A DNA stretch of 63,718 bases, the filler included, from Lenisia limosa (taxonomy: Eukaryota; Protista; Breviatea), in the NCBI GenBank assembly GCA_001655205.1. It is 12 parts of 12 records of this genome, joined end to end, with 100 filler letters (N's around TTAATTAATTAA, not from the genome) between each part and the next. Parts side by side here need not be neighbours in the genome. Positions count along the whole stretch, not along the records: positions 38,557 to 57,709 come from LPNZ01008573.1; 11 more parts are not named here. One strand, given 5' to 3'. Shown here in pieces: positions 39,843 through 53,200 of this stretch. Within the stretch, counting starts at the first letter, position 1; each line of letters opens with the position of its first letter. Under the pieces are notes generated by a model, which saw only the letters and a program-made list of their open reading frames with translations, ran no database searches and had not been told where the DNA came from. A program made the position numbers and the translations under genes.

Positions 39843-42800
39843 ATGGAGAAACAGACGTGCGTCCCTGAGGACAAGCACATCGATGAAAATGGCAAGTACA
39901 GGACCCTCAAAGTGGCCGACTGGTATGGGGATCTCCTCGTGTTGATTTCAATGATTATTTGTTTGTTTTGCATTACCATAACCACCCTGATGATGTAGGA
40001 TTGTTGACCACCCATGTTTGAGCTACGTCTGTGGCTGCGTGTCGATGTGCGGCATCATGGTCATCGTGATTGTTTTGGCCATTCTTCTTGGCTCATGGTT
40101 CTTCCCGTATGTTAACGATGTGAGAGGGGAGGGTGTACTTTTTGATGACATGTGCTGTTCACTTTCGCTTCTCTGAATTGGATACATAGCTATCTATTGT
40201 TTTGTCGTCTTCAGCGTTACTATTGAAATACTTGCTTCATGTATATCTCTGAACTTAGTATTATAAACAAATAAAAAAAATACTCCCTCCCGCACTTTAT
40301 GGTCATCTCTAATGATGTATAGGTTCCACTTTACCTCAGAAGCCATCGGACACAGGAGCGTGATGACGCTTTCAATAGTGCTGACGTGGGTGGTGGGAAT
40401 TGCAACTGGTTCAATTCAAACTTAGCAAATTTGGCTTCTTTCCATTTTGAGACCTCTCATTTTGCCTTCTTGTCTTCAACTCATTAATCACCTCACCGGT
40501 ATTCAATTTTGCTGCATTTTTATTCATTCATTTCATAGCCATTCCTGTTTTTCATCCCCAAACATGCTGTATTCTCATTTTCCATCTCTCAGGCATTCAT
40601 TGCCGAAAACTCGGTATCCAAACCGCAGCTGCTTCGATCCATGGCCTCATCCCTTGATGATGGTATTCTAGAACTCGAACTGCTCTATGACGGACAGGGC
40701 CTTGACACAGTTATGACGGTCGACCGTCTCAAGGTGTGTTGGGAGGAGGGGAAACGAAGAAAATTTCGATGAAGAACATTGGCGTAAAGGTACTAATTAA
40801 AAGTGTGAAATTTATGAAACAATAGTGGTGGGGGAGAAGGAGAGCATTATGAGGACACCCATTGTTGTTTTAAGTCAAATTCATGTTTAGTTGGTGCTGT
40901 TTGCCTGGGATTTTTTTACCGCTTTAGGAGATCCAAGTAATTGAGAAGCACATTTCAAGCCATGAATCGTATGAAGAGTTCTGCCTCCTCGATTGGCCTC
41001 TTGACGTTCTCAACGCCTACCCCTCAAGTCAGTTGGGCTCTTGAGCCTCATTTCGAAGAATTGATTGTGTATTCATCTATCCATTGTTTGTTCTCTTACA
41101 ACCCACTCTCATTCCTCACCCAATAGTGACTGCTGATGAGGTTGAGGCGGTAAACAACGGTCCCCTTCCTCCATGTGTTGCACCCACAACTGTCATTCGA
41201 TCATGTAACTCTTCCGTAAGCAATATAATCTGGTTGATATTAATATGATTATGCGGTGTCCTGTTTCAATTGCCTCAACGTGTAATAAATATTGAATCTA
41301 ATCATCAAGATTTTGGATTGTTTAGACCCCAATTCTACTCCAGCTGGTCTTCTCAATTGCCCTGATGGTTGGTTTGACGCCCTTTTTTCTGGTACATATG
41401 ATCCCAAAAATGATATTTCTCGATAAATCTTCGATAAAAATATTTTCTGTAACCGTATTTTTCGGTCAGAAGGGAAGTCCTAAATAAATTTCTTAACTCT
41501 TTATACATATATCATATATGTATGTATGCTTAGGATATGATAACAAGTCCTAAACCAATTTCCAGGAAACTGCGACGATCAAACCGGTGTATTCGACCAA
41601 GACTTTATCAACACCAAGTTGACTGCTCTTGCCTCCCTGAGTCCTTACAACGGCTCTGCTATCAACGCTGCTATTCACCCATAGTATGCAGGGAAAATAC
41701 CTGATGTTTTCAGGCGTCGTTTTCATTACTGTGTCAATCTTTCTTCGATTCTGACAGTTCAGCTATGTTCTGTTCTCTTCCGGTTTTGGAGACGGCAATT
41801 CTAACGTTGCGGCATTCAGATCTTCGTAAGCATGGTAATATAAGTATGACTCTTGATCCATAATTTTTTTTAAAAGCCCACTAACATTCAGATTCCCCCT
41901 TGGACTGCCCCTCCCTGGATATGCCATATCAACGCAAGACCAAGAAGAGCAAACCGAGAAGATAGGACAAGCCCTCTTTGACAACTTCGACTCGTATCTT
42001 GCCGGCGCTGATGTTGATGGAATTCGAGTGGGCTTTATGGTCAATGTTGATGATAAACTTTCTTTGATTGATACTTCTTTTTAGTTGCCCACTTCCCTTC
42101 AGCTTACTCTATAGGTATGGTATCTTGGAAGCGAGATGGCTGATGCCTATGTTACTAAACAGGTAGGAGGAACCTACATTATTTTGTTCGATGTCATCCC
42201 GTTGTATCATCATAATGCCATTTCAAGAAGACACCTCCCATTCCCCATTTCATATACCCGTATCTTGCGCCATTTGACTTCTTCAGATGGGTCAGGACTT
42301 CTTGTGGGCTGTAGGGTCCTTTATTGCTGTTCTCTTCTTCCTCGCTCTTAAAACAAGGTTTGCTGGATTTTCCTATGTACCTATTTAAAAATGAGAATAC
42401 AGCATGCCTAGAGGATGAAAAACGTCACTTGAGTACATGAGGCTCCATTTCACCTTTCAGATCATGGTTTTTGGCGTTTATGGGACTGGGTCAAGTGGTT
42501 CTTTGCTTCTTCCCTGCCTACCTTGTCTACCGTTTGATTCTCCTACAACAATATTTCGGGGTATGTGGACAGATATCCTCCCCACCCACAGTTTTTTCAA
42601 TATTTTAACTGTCAAAGGTCCTCAATGGTCTTGCCGTCTTCATTATCCTCGGCATTGGAGTTGACGACGTCTTCGTCTTCCTCGACACCTGGTACCGATC
42701 CTCTATGCAACACTCGTCAATTTCAGCGTGTTACAAAACAAGGCTTTCTTGGTGGGTGGTATTTATGAATACCTATTTTGTCTGACATTCCAGTATTCTG

Positions 42801-45800
42801 CTCATACCTTCCACGCAATCAATCACTCATACCTTCCACTCAATCAATCACTCATACTTTCTACTCAATCATCACACGCTTGCTCTCCACCCATATCATA
42901 ATTCCACCCAGGACCCTGCGTCATGCAGCAAGTGCTATGCTCGTTACTTCGGTCACAACAATGGCCTCGTTTATGGCTAACGCGGTTGGGGGGTGTTGGC
43001 TGAATGCTCTCCTGTGCGGTCTGAGTAACCGTTTCAGATGTCGTCCTTCCCTGCAATCTCAACTTTTGGTTATTGGAGCGCCTGTTTGGTCCTCTTCAAT
43101 TACATCTCCGTAATCACCTACTTCCCTACCGTCCTCGTTTTTTATGAGACCTACTTATCAGGCTGTTCCTTCTGCTGTGGCCTTGGTTGGGGGGTGGGGG
43201 CTTTGTGTTGTGATTGTATTATAATTCGACATCCATCAACCGTTTATTCGACATCCATCAACCGCTTATTCGACATCCATCAACCGCTTATGAGCCGAGT
43301 CTTCTGATTTCCAATTGACGATCTAGGTAAATGCTGTGACGGCTCTGAGACAAAAGAAGAACCCCTTCCCCCCGCCAATGTAAGTGGAACAGAGTCGTGT
43401 TTCGCTTTTTATCTCTATGCTGTCATTGATTTTAAAATTATGATATTGTCATTTCTGTTTTAATTTCAGTTTAACTGCTTAGTTACAACCTGATGATGGT
43501 GAAATGGGCCGTATATCCCCTGGAAGGTAGGGCCTTTTCTAAATGGAAAGTTATAGATCGATTCTCCGTATGCACCCCCTTCTTATTCATCAGGACCAAC
43601 CCGATTCCGCTCACTGATTCTACCTCTGCGCCACAGACAATTGAGGAGCCCAGAATCAAATACACTGGGGTATGGGGAACCTGGAATTGTTTGATCATAT
43701 CTTCTCTTCTCTTTGTTGAACCCTGAAGCCTTGATTCACAGTTAATGGTGTTAACGGCTTCGGTCATTTATTTCTCCTTTCCACATATCACCGAAGCACC
43801 TTCTCTTTAACTTCTTCAGCTCATCGGATGGTTCCACTCGTCATATGCCCCCGTTATCCATCGTCTCAAGTTCTTCATCATTCTCATCTTCGTTGCTATC
43901 GCCATCAAATTTGCTATTGACGCTACCAACCTCAGTCCTAATCCCGAGCCTCCTGCTATGATTCCTGAGGTGGGAGGTCTTGCGATTACACCGTATTACA
44001 AGAGCATCACCTTCGATTCTAATAATTGACTGATTTCTTAATAAATCATCTACTTGAAGTCTTTTTACAACCATATGTAAAGCTCAATCATGACACAAGG
44101 GCTTTTGTCTCTGTTGTGACTTCAGAATTACATTTGGCTTCTTATTAATCCCCCGCAGAGCAACAACTACGGAGGCTATGCTGACATCAAAATTAAGCAC
44201 TACGCGTCTGACAGCCCTTATCTTGTTACCACTTTTGTGGTCTCAGGTTTTGATGTTGAGGTTGGTTGGAATACATAACTGACCTGATATGTCGTTTCCT
44301 CCAGTTATACAATCATTTAATGGCTAACCTCCAACAGTCCCCTATCGATCGGTCTGGTACACTGAGCACTGATGGCTCAGATGTTGGGGAAGTCAACTGG
44401 AATAAAGTGGGGTGAAGGGAAGTTCAATATGAATCTAGATGACACTTTCCTATCATACTATGGACAATCTAACGAATTTTTTATTCTCACTCAGTAGGAC
44501 TTCAACCTTGCAAAGGGTGCCGAGTGTCTGCGAGTCTTGAGCAACAATGCAGAGGTCAAATCTGAAGAACGGTAAGGGGGAACCACTGCATTGCTCCTTG
44601 CTATTCTGTGAGTCTTTTCTGTTTCACATTTTAGTTACACAGAGGGACCTCCTCAAGGAACTGCCCTCTCATTCCTTCGTCCTTTTCATGTAAGCAAAGT
44701 GTCTTTTTGAGTATTACATGATATGGTAACAGTTCATTTTTGATAATTCTTTTGTTGCCAATGAGAAAATGTAGGGATTTATTATCGGCAAGTACGGCTC
44801 TGCAAGATGGGACTCTATCACTGGCATCAACGCTGATGACACTCAATTTGCCACGGTTTGGAGTGGCAAAAATGACTTCTTTAATTTCTTGATAAACTGA
44901 GATATTATTTTTGATCGGAAATTTGTAATAATGGTGTATTTTTTTAGTTGTATGTACCGCTTTGTGACCACATAGGACCTCAATGAATGGCTTGCTCTCC
45001 CTGACGTCCAACTTGAATGGGCACATTTCCTGCACTTTGAACAGACTGACACAGCCCCAATCCTCCGCTTTGTTCACCTCGAGTTTCCCACCAATCTTGA
45101 CGCTTTCGTATGTCAAAATTGGATAGTTATAGTATAGTGTTTTTGATATATATGTACATTTACATCAAGGAATTTAATAATGTTACTTATTTCTATGTGT
45201 TACTGATGCTTTAGAGCGAGTATGAGTCAAACATCGAGATGTACGAGTCTTGGGAAGACTTCCTTGATGAACAAATGAATATTGATGTCTGCAAAGACGT
45301 CAAGTATGGGGAGATGGCATTGTTGGTTCATTGTTATGTCTTCCTAGTATTTCATCCATTCCCATTACTTTGTAGAAAGCATGTTGCCGTATTCCCGGTT
45401 GATACCGGCGGTTTCCCGTTCTTCTATGTTCAACGTAAGCTTTGTGTACATTGTTGTTGGCAGACTGTCGAATAAATAGAATAATAAGAGAAGCAATGAG
45501 TGTGTATCTGTCTGTATTAGTTTGTAAGAAAGCTGAATTTTTATTCTCCTCTCAAGATTATTTGCCTTCTTTGACTTCCCAGGTGTCATGAATAAGGAGG
45601 TTTTCAGAGGCATTTCCCTCTCTCTCGGCGCCGCTTTCATCATCATAAGTAGGAGAGGGGATAGATATACACTGAAATGATTTTGTGAAAGGTTTTGGAA
45701 GAGTTGTTCGTAAAACCTTACTATTTAGCTTTGACCACGTTGAATATTTGGGTTTCTCTCCTGTCGACACTCATGATGGGCACTATTGTCACCATTGTCA

Positions 45801-46900
45801 TTGGTGTTATCGTTTTCCTCGGCTATTCCCTTGATATCATTGTATCTACTGGTGAGCTGAGTATTGAAACTCCCATAAGTCTTATGCTTTCATAATTTTA
45901 ATAATTCTATTAACATAATTGCCTTGAGAAATTAAATAGAATGCCATCTTTCTTCATTCTCTCACCCCTGTAGTACTTGTTATGATGGTGGGACTGTCTG
46001 TGGATGCAACTCTGCATATCTCGTAAGTTGGGAGCTTCTTGTTCATTTCAGCAAGACCATATCTTCTCAAACCATTGCTACACACCAATGTTCCTTCTGA
46101 GTAAACCCTCCAGACACGCCTACATTAATGGTGGAGTGACAAACACTGAACGTGTCACTGCCGCTCTCACCGCTGTCGGGTATGCCGGGATCACTTTCAT
46201 GACTCTAATTTCGATGAAGTATTGTATAGCTATATGATATCATATTATATCATTGTTGTGAAGTATGAAACTGGCAGATTTTCATTGGTTCCTTCAATTG
46301 TTTTCTGTTTCTACTGCTCTATTTTATTTCACTCCAAACGATCTCTCACCTTCAGTGTATCAATTGCGTCAGGCTCTATCTCCACTCTTGGTGCAATTAG
46401 CTTCCTATTCTTCCCAGTCTTGCTGTTCTTTGAAACCGTAAGCGTAACTTTTCGCCCTCATGACAACTTATATTTGATGTGTCAGTGTGGACCTTATGGT
46501 ATCTCTCTGACCATAGTTGTAACGCAAATGATTGGATGAATCAATTATACTATTATCTAATAGCCAATTTCTTATTACCCACACTGTCAACATATAACAA
46601 GCTCACTCCTTAGTTTGGTCTCATGATCTTCATCACGCTTTTTGTGTCCCTCCTCGTTGCCCTCGTTCTTTACCCCTCAATACTGGCTCTAATTGGCCCC
46701 TCGGGAACAAGCGGTAACTTCTCTTCTATGTGTAAAAAACGTTCTTGAATTGTGGTTTTGTTTTGGATTTTGACTCTTTTTGATAGTATTATGTGATATT
46801 AGTATTATGAATGCGTGTAGGTTTGCACAAATGGCTTGCAAGGGGAAACAAGGGTAATGCAGTCTATGTTCTGAAAAGGTACATGAAGGAACGAGCGAAG
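39843..46900 (+). CDS. Dispatched/Patched/NPC1-type RND membrane protein with sterol-sensing domain, more than 30 small exons
   Basis: VLNGLAVFIILGIGVDDVFVFLDTW (~42620); RTLRHAASAMLVTSVTTMASFMANA; SSFPAISTFGYWSACLVLFNYISVITYFPTVL; SPIDRSGTLSTDGSDVGEVNWNKDFNL; second repeat VMMVGLSVDATLHIS and ASGSISTLGAISFLFF..FGLMIFITLFVSLLVALVLYPSILALIGP. Confidence 0.9.
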
Positions 46901-47279
46901 CNNNNNNNNNNNNNNNNNNNNNNNNNNNNNNNNNNNNNNNNNNNNNNNNNNNNNNNNNNNNNNNNNNNNNNNNNNNNNNNNNNNNNNNNNNNNNNNNNNN
47001 NNNNNNNNNNNNNNNNNNNNNNNNNNNNNNNNNNNNNNNNNNNNNNNNNNNNNNNNNNNNNNNNNNNNNNNNNNNNNNNNNNNNNNNNNNNNNNNNNNNN
47101 NNNNNNNNNNNNNNNNNNNNNNNNNNNNNNNNNNNNNNNNNNNNNNNNNNNNNNNNNNNNNNNNNNNNNNNNNNNNNNNNNCTCTTGATCCCAAAAATAC
47201 ATACATTTAAATCATAACTTACACATTAGAATAGACATTACATATTATATAGTTCCTTACCCATACCTTTCCTTATACA

Positions 47280-50200
47280 TTAAAACCCAGGCCTGAAACA
47301 GTAAGTCAGAATGGGAAGAATCATGACGTCATTACAATCAAGCCATTCACGGTCATATATCATATTTACCCGCACACCATGACAAGCAATCCTTGGTGAC
47401 AGACTCCTCAATTGAGAACTCGGTGTCAGTAATGGCATTTTCAAGCCCAACCTGAGTGAATTAGTATTGTATAACATGATATGGTCATAATTTGACACGT
47501 TTTGTAAATAGAAATGAGAATAAAATTAAAATCAAGCTAGGAGGCGTAAAGAATCAAGGCTTTACTCCGATCCGCAATTGACCGATAAAATATCGATATT
47601 TGAGAAGATTTAGAGTTATTCGGACTTTTTTCGGACCGAAGTGAAGTTCAAGCCGCAATTCAATCAACCCTCCTACCGAGTCCGCAATACTGATAATATG
47701 GTTGAAGGTCGCAGGAGGACAAGAAGAAATGTTGTCTAAAACCTAAAAAGTGATGGAGTGCAGCTTCTCAATTAAGACCATCACCCCACTTGTACATCAC
47801 AACCCTTAAGTCCTCAGATTACCCAGCCCTTCTGGCCCTCTTATCATATATCCGCACCTTTTTCAAATCAGCTTGCTTGGTGTTGTCTGAGGGCTTGGAG
47901 AATGGGACAGGCTTTACGTCTTGGAAAATACCGCAAACCTGGGGAGGGGGGGGGGGGNNNNNNNNNNNNNNNNNNNNNNNNNNNNNNNNNNNNNNNNNNN
48001 NNNNNNNNNNNNNNNNNNNNNNNNNNNNNNNNNNNNNNNNNNNNNNNNNNNNNNNNNNNNNNNNNNNNNNNNNNNNNNNNNGGGTTGAGAACAACAAAAC
48101 AAACAAAGCCCAGACCAGTCCGCAGGGAGATGAAACGAAAATATCTCCTATGACGTACACATAAAAAACCAAATTCAACCCTGGCGGAGAAGGGACTAAT
48201 GAAAGAACATGTAGATTTTGGACGAATGGGTGGAAATGAAAATTTAGTTTACTCAACAAAATAAATGCACAGAGTTCCTCCAAACTACCATAATCCTTGG
48301 CAATCCTGCTGCCTCCGCGAGAGCTGTAATGTCAACAAAACCCATGGAAAATATGAAACAATGAATGAAGTCGTCCACACACACACTTATAAGATGGGAA
48401 ATAAGAAACACATAAAATGAGGAACTCATATTCAACCAAATGCCCCTACCCCCTGAGACTACCTCAGTTTACCCCTCCCCCACACACACACCAAAACGGC
48501 AGTGTCTACCACCTACCTGCCACAATTGAGGGAGCCTTGCCTTGGAGCGTCTGTCCGTCAAATTTGCCCTCTCCTACAATCATAAAAACAGAAATTGGTG
48601 GCTTTATCCTGAGCTTATAAATGAAATCCGTAACTATGGGGTGGGGGTGGCAAACTATATTCCATACCAGTCACCACCACGTCAGCTTTAGCAATGAGGC
48701 TCGGCAAATCAGCCAATTGAGCCATCAGAACAGCACCAGAGGTCAGCCTAAAAAGTGAAAAATATCAAATCATTAAAAAGAGGTTTTTTAAACATAATAG
48801 TTTCCGATAGCACTTCTTTATATTCAATACACTATTTTTATGATATCAAAACATGTCCCTCTGACACTTATCAAAACAAGCCCTCACCCCTTTCGGTCTT
48901 GAAAATAGTTATAAGGCCTCCTGGTGGCCACACCCTCCCTATGCCTCAAGAAAAATCATATTCAACCCCCCCCCCCCCCNNNNNNNNNNNNNNNNNNNNN
49001 NNNNNNNNNNNNNNNNNNNNNNNNNNNNNNNNNNNNNNNNNNNNNNNNNNNNNNNNNNNNNNNNCCGCCGGCCGCACCGGCACCCGAAGTGGCGCTCACG
49101 TCAACAGAAGTGGCGTCAGCAATGGCTTTGGCCGCCTGAGGGTAAAACGAGGGAAGTTTATTAAACCTGGGATTAAACGAGGGAAGTATAGAAAGAGAAA
49201 TACATACACTCAAAATCAATGAAATCTGTTGAAAACAACAAAGCTTGAAAGGCGCCTCAAAATTCCCAAATTCCCAAACTAGGCATATCTACCCCACCAT
49301 TTTCATTCCATTCTCAAGTACTTGTCGCATTTCAAAGCCGGCTCCCTGAAAGGTAAACTCGAATCCGAAGTTGCAAAAGCGAAATCACTCCGTTATACAA
49401 TCCGTTTCTCCTTTCTCTCTCTCAGTTGAACCTCCTCACCCTTGTTGACCCCAAAATCATAAAAAAAAAGTCACTTCTTGGATTAACATGGAAATTCTGG
49501 CGAACATATACCCACTTTCTGTTTGGCGAAGATGTTGACAGCTCCATTGGGACCGACAAAGGGGTTCTCAACGTCACAAGCAACTGAGATATGTGCTCCC
49601 GGCAGTAGACCCTTCCCAGGTAGCTCTATGAGAATCAAAGCATGTAGAAATGTGACAAACAGAGCATCTGGTTAGACCCCTCCACGCACCAGTTCCATCA
49701 TCCATCTCTTATCACATAATGAAACATCACCCCCCCCCCCACCAATTCGATCAAGAGCCACAAGATCGGCTCCAACAAAAGGCCCTAAATAGCAATTAAT
49801 TTCCCGACAATCTTGACTGACTTCCTGTTAAATATTCGAGAGAGAAAAACCCCAATTAGACAAGTATAATCCTGTATTTTTTTTTATCCCCCAAACGCTC
49901 CAATGGGGCTCTGGAGTCAGTGAGGTAAATCAGAAGTCCCAAGGCCTGCATGCATCCGAGGCCAGCTGAGGGGTCAAATTGAAATCATTTCGAAAATAAA
50001 AACAAAGAAATCGATCGGAGTGGAGGGGGGGTACACATCAAAAAACTAAATTGAACGATAATACCCAAACACGTATAAGACATATGATATGTATATGTAT
50101 GTACATATGCTCAAGGTCCAAAATTATGTCGTTATTTCGAATTCATGTCGTTAAATATTTACGGTCGCCAAATCAGTTATTCCCCTTCAAAATAGTACTA

Positions 50201-53200
50201 TATTTCTGAGATATACACACTTAATTTGTTTATGAAGGAAAACAAAGAAAAATATAACCTTTCAATTTTTTTTTTTTTGCAAAATCAGCACTTTATCGTG
50301 GAAATTTCATTTTTTTAGCGCCACGCTCGCGCAATTTTTTTTCAGTTTATGCTCGCATTTTTCTCATANNNNNNNNNNNNNNNNNNNNNNNNNNNNNNNN
50401 NNNNNNNNNNNNNNNNNNNNNNNNNNNNNNNNNNNNNNNNNNNNNNNNNNNNNNNNNNNNNNNNNNNNNNNNNNNNNNNNNNNNNNNNNNNNNNNNNNNN
50501 NNNNNNNNNNNNNNNNNNNNNNNNNNNNNNNNNNNNNNNNNNNNNNNNCATGAACGGCTAAACCCTATAAAACCCTATAAATCCCGATATTTTTATAAAC
50601 TTTTTGAATAATTTCCCTCAAAAAACTTGGACATCTATAAAAACCAATAGAAATACGAAAAAATGACCGAATGTAAAATATCACACAAATTGCAGGGAAA
50701 TTGGCACTCCAGGCCGGGCGCCCCGGGGTCATTTTTTGAAATAATCAGTTCATAATCTTGCTCTTTTTGTTATTTTGGGATGTTTTCAAATTTGGAATTA
50801 AGTTTGTGGAAGTTTCATAACTTTTGCGATATTTTTGTGATTCGGNNNNNNNNNNGGGGGGGGGTGCAGATTTACTTAGTGCTTTTTAGTTAGTGCAATT
50901 AATCTTTTAAGGAAACAAAATTGAAATTATTTATAAGAGAAATAATAAAAAAAAAACATATTTTGTCAATTTATTTCCTCAAAAAATTAATTGGACGAAG
51001 TACATGGTGTCCCACTTCAACAATCACACTTAATTTTTCAACTCATTGCACCGAAACCCACTTTTTACCTACTTTTTAGACTGGCAGATGACCAGGCCGT
51101 TCTCTCAGTGCTTTGTACTGGAAGCGTCTTACTAAGAGCAAGCCCCTCTGGTGAGTTCTACTGAAACCTTTGTTATTATTTTAGTCATATAATTGATTAT
51201 GTTGTGTTTTGTTGTTATCACCCCTCGGGTGTTGTCAGCCAACAGAGTTGATGTTTGGCTTTTGTTGTTTCATAAATTGTCCAATTTTACTTTCAGATTA
51301 NNNNNNNNNNNNNNNNNNNNNNNNNNNNNNNNNNNNNNNNNNNNNNNNNNNNNNNNNNNNNNNNNNNNNNNNNNNNNNNNNNNNNNNNNNNNNNNNNNNN
51401 NNNNNNNNNNNNNNNNNNNNNNNNNNNNNNNNNNNNNNNNNNNNNNNNNNNNNNNNNNNNNNNNTAAGACCGGCGATAGTCCTGTTTTGAGCAGCAGTGG
51501 GGGGGAGGTATTCTGTAGCTAATATATGCATATTGTTGTTTTTGTTTGATGGCGAGAGTATCTATATATATTTTTTTGATGAGGAGTACAACAACTATGT
51601 ATAGTGACCGGGATAAGTCTTGACCGATTCTCCTTGGGATTACATAGTAAATCGGTCAAGACTTATCTGGTCACTGAATGTTTGATGGCGAGCGCAGCTC
51701 TTTGTGTGGTAGGGTATGAAATGCGGGGTATAGTCAATTTATTTTGTACGTACTTTTGTAATTCATATTTTGTACCCCCCCCCCCCCGATGGAATNNNNN
51801 NNNNNNNNNNNNNNNNNNNNNNNNNNNNNNNNNNNNNNNNNNNNNNNNNNNNNNNNNNNNNNNNNNNNNNNNNNNNNNNNNNNNNNNNNNNNNNNNNNNN
51901 NNNNNNNNNNNNNNNNNNNNNNNNNNNNNNNNNNNNNNNNNNNNNNNNNNNCTTTTCAATTTTACACCTTTTTTAGTCGGACTTAGAGACGTAATCAATA
52001 TCGCATGCGGGGTGCCCTCCGAAGGCCTCATCTCCCACCGATTGACGGGGCTCACGGACCGTGTCTTCACGGTTACTACTAAACAAAGAGTGGGCTGTTT
52101 CTGTTTTGATTTGTTTTTTTAAGGGGGAGCTGATTATGGGGTACAAATGGGAAGATGGTGTTGAGGTATGTTAATGATGGGGCCTCTCACGCTTTCTCTC
52201 CCGTTTTGTCTTTCTTCTATTTTGTTGATCTCTCACGCTTTCTCTCACACTCAACTCCAAAGAACTCGTTCCTTACTTTATCCTTCACACTTACACTACC
52301 TAGTCCTATTTTGTTTACCTCTCATTTTTCTCACAAACCTGAGACCAAAGAACTTTTCTTTTTTTGTCTCTCCCCACCCCCACCCCCGCTCCCATTTAAC
52401 AGTTTTATCACCGCTAGAACTTTTCTCTTTTGTCGTCATTTTTTCTTATCTCTTGGACAGTTTTCTCACATATAACAGTTTTCTCCCCTCTCGAACTTTT
52501 CTCATGTGTTTAGTCCATAGAACTCGTGGCTGACAGCAAAGAACATCGACAGCAATGGGTGGTTGGTCTTGCACTGTGGGGGGGGGGGTGATGGAAAATT
52601 TATGAAACAACAACAAAAAAAAATCCCAAAATTAACTTTTTTGGTGGACAAGGATAATATGCTCAAGGTCCAAAATTATGTCGTTATTTCGAATTCATGT
52701 CGTTAATTCTTTACGGTCGCCAAATCAGTTATTCCCCTTCAAAATAGTACTATATTTTTGAGATATACACACTTAATTTGTTTATGAAGGAAAACAAAGA
52801 AAAATATAACCTTTCAAAATTTTTTTTTTTTGCAAAATCAGCACTTTATCGTGGAAATTTATTTTTTTAGCGCCACGCTCGCGCAATTTTTTTTCAGTTT
52901 ATGCTCGCATTTTTCTCATATATGTCCTTTTTTACGAGTTAAATTGTTGTGAAGTTGACCGTAACATGAAAAAGAGATAGTCACAGAAAATTGAATTAAC
53001 GACATAGTTTAGGACCTCGAGCATATATGGATCAAATCGTTTCGTCATTCAATATTCCCCCTTAATTACTTGGCAGGCTTCAAGGTCGACAGCTTGCAAC
53101 AAAGGCACAGGCGCCCCTCCCTTCTTTTCACATCCACAGGTGGGGATTTCGCATTTCAAATCTCAAGGAAACTGGAAAATTGATTGTTTGGGGCATTTGG

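Noticed and set aside
44631-45116. 161-aa minus-strand ORF
   Set aside because: Antisense shadow across Dispatched-like exons and introns; no recognisable motifs.
52514-52580. Apparent minus-strand exon (C-run ACAG|TGCAAG...) within the glycerate kinase
   Set aside because: The translation has no kinase motif; the C-run is the reverse of a + strand donor G-run of the nested gene.
50105-53026. Family G copies as ends of a composite (Pack-type) transposon that carried the nested gene
   Set aside because: The second copy lies inside the nested gene with two exons beyond it, and it has its own pair of TIRs.
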